Position numbers and translations under genes: made by a program
Shown: piece by piece, positions 19,389-20,000 of the stretch
Numbering within the stretch: position 1 is the first letter of the stretch
How the letters are laid out: every line of letters begins with the position of its first letter
The notes under the pieces: model-generated
The model's input: only the letters and a program-made list of their open reading frames with translations
What the model was told of the DNA's origin: nothing
The model's database searches: none
Source: Chiloscyllium plagiosum
Lineage: Eukaryota
DNA length: 20,000 nucleotides
Direction of reading: 5' to 3'
NCBI RefSeq assembly: GCF_004010195.1
Contig: NC_057728.1
Location: 49,392,561-49,412,560, forward strand

Positions 19389-20000
19389 ATAGACAATAGA
19401 CAATAGACAATAGGTGCAGGAGTAGGCCATTCTGCCCTTCGAGCCTGCACCACCATTCAACATGATCATGGCTGATCATCCATAATCAGTATCCTGTTCC
19501 TGCCTTATCTCCATAACCCTTGATTCTACAATCCTTGAGAGCCCAATCCAACTCTTTCTTAAATGAATCCAGTGACTGGGCCTCCACTGCCCTCTGGGGC
19601 AGAGCATTCCACACAGCCACCACTCTCTGGGTGAAGAAGTTTCTCCTCATCTCTGTCCTAAATGGTCTACCCCATATTTTTAAGCTGTGTCCTTTGGTTC
19701 GGCACTCACCCATCAGCGGAAACATGTTTCCTGCCTCCAGAGTGTCCAAGCCTTTAATAATCTTATATGTCTCTATCATATCCCCTCTCAGTCTTCTAAA
19801 CTCAAGGGTATACAAGCCCAGTCGCTCCAGTCTTTCAGTGTAAGGTAATCCCGCCATTCCAGGAATTGACCTCGTGAACCTACGCTGCACTCCCTCAATA
19901 GCCAGAATGTCTTTCCTCAAACTTGGAGACCAGAACTGCACACAGTACTCCAGGTGTGGTCCCACCAGGGCCCTGTACAGCTGCAGAAGAACCTCTTCAC
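19383..20000 (-). mobile_element. Relatively young CR1 LINE 3' end, continuing beyond the window
   Basis: Uninterrupted frame PHLEYCVQFWSPSLRKDILAIEGVQRRFTR...RRNFFTQRVVAVWNALPQRAVEA...GYGDKAGTGY ends at a stop at 19486. A clean (tagacaa)x4 tail lies at 19383-19412. Confidence 0.95.

Noticed and set aside
1..20000. Prokaryotic systems (CRISPR array, retron, operon)
   Set aside because: There are no regularly spaced repeats or gene-dense organisation. All RT fragments belong to eukaryotic CR1/L2-group, Rex1 or Penelope retroelements.

Overview
This is repeat-rich, AT-rich vertebrate genomic DNA. The repeat set (HE1/V-SINEs, many CR1/HER1-like LINE 3' fragments, Rex1/Babar, a Deu-SINE remnant, GIY-YIG Penelope-like elements) points to a cartilaginous fish, probably a shark; that assignment is inference. 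The window reads as intronic sequence of a + strand gene, with one well-supported 246-nt internal coding exon (13230-13475) whose gene I do not recognise. Nearly all other ORF-track entries are retroelement debris or antisense shadows. The most interesting signal is a set of minimal type I hammerhead ribozyme (HHR) motifs of the form CTGANGA-N-stem II-GAAACGT(C/T). One overlaps the stop codon of a Penelope-like element (PLE) ORF. The others sit in short (about 90-230 bp) non-coding insertions of two sequence families, occurring solo or as near-perfect palindromes, most with 11-15 bp target-site duplications (TSDs) and a boundary fixed just upstream of the ribozyme core. HHRs in PLEs are known. 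The short autonomous-less units and their insertion geometry deserve follow-up. All coordinates were counted by hand, and ends of degraded repeats are approximate.
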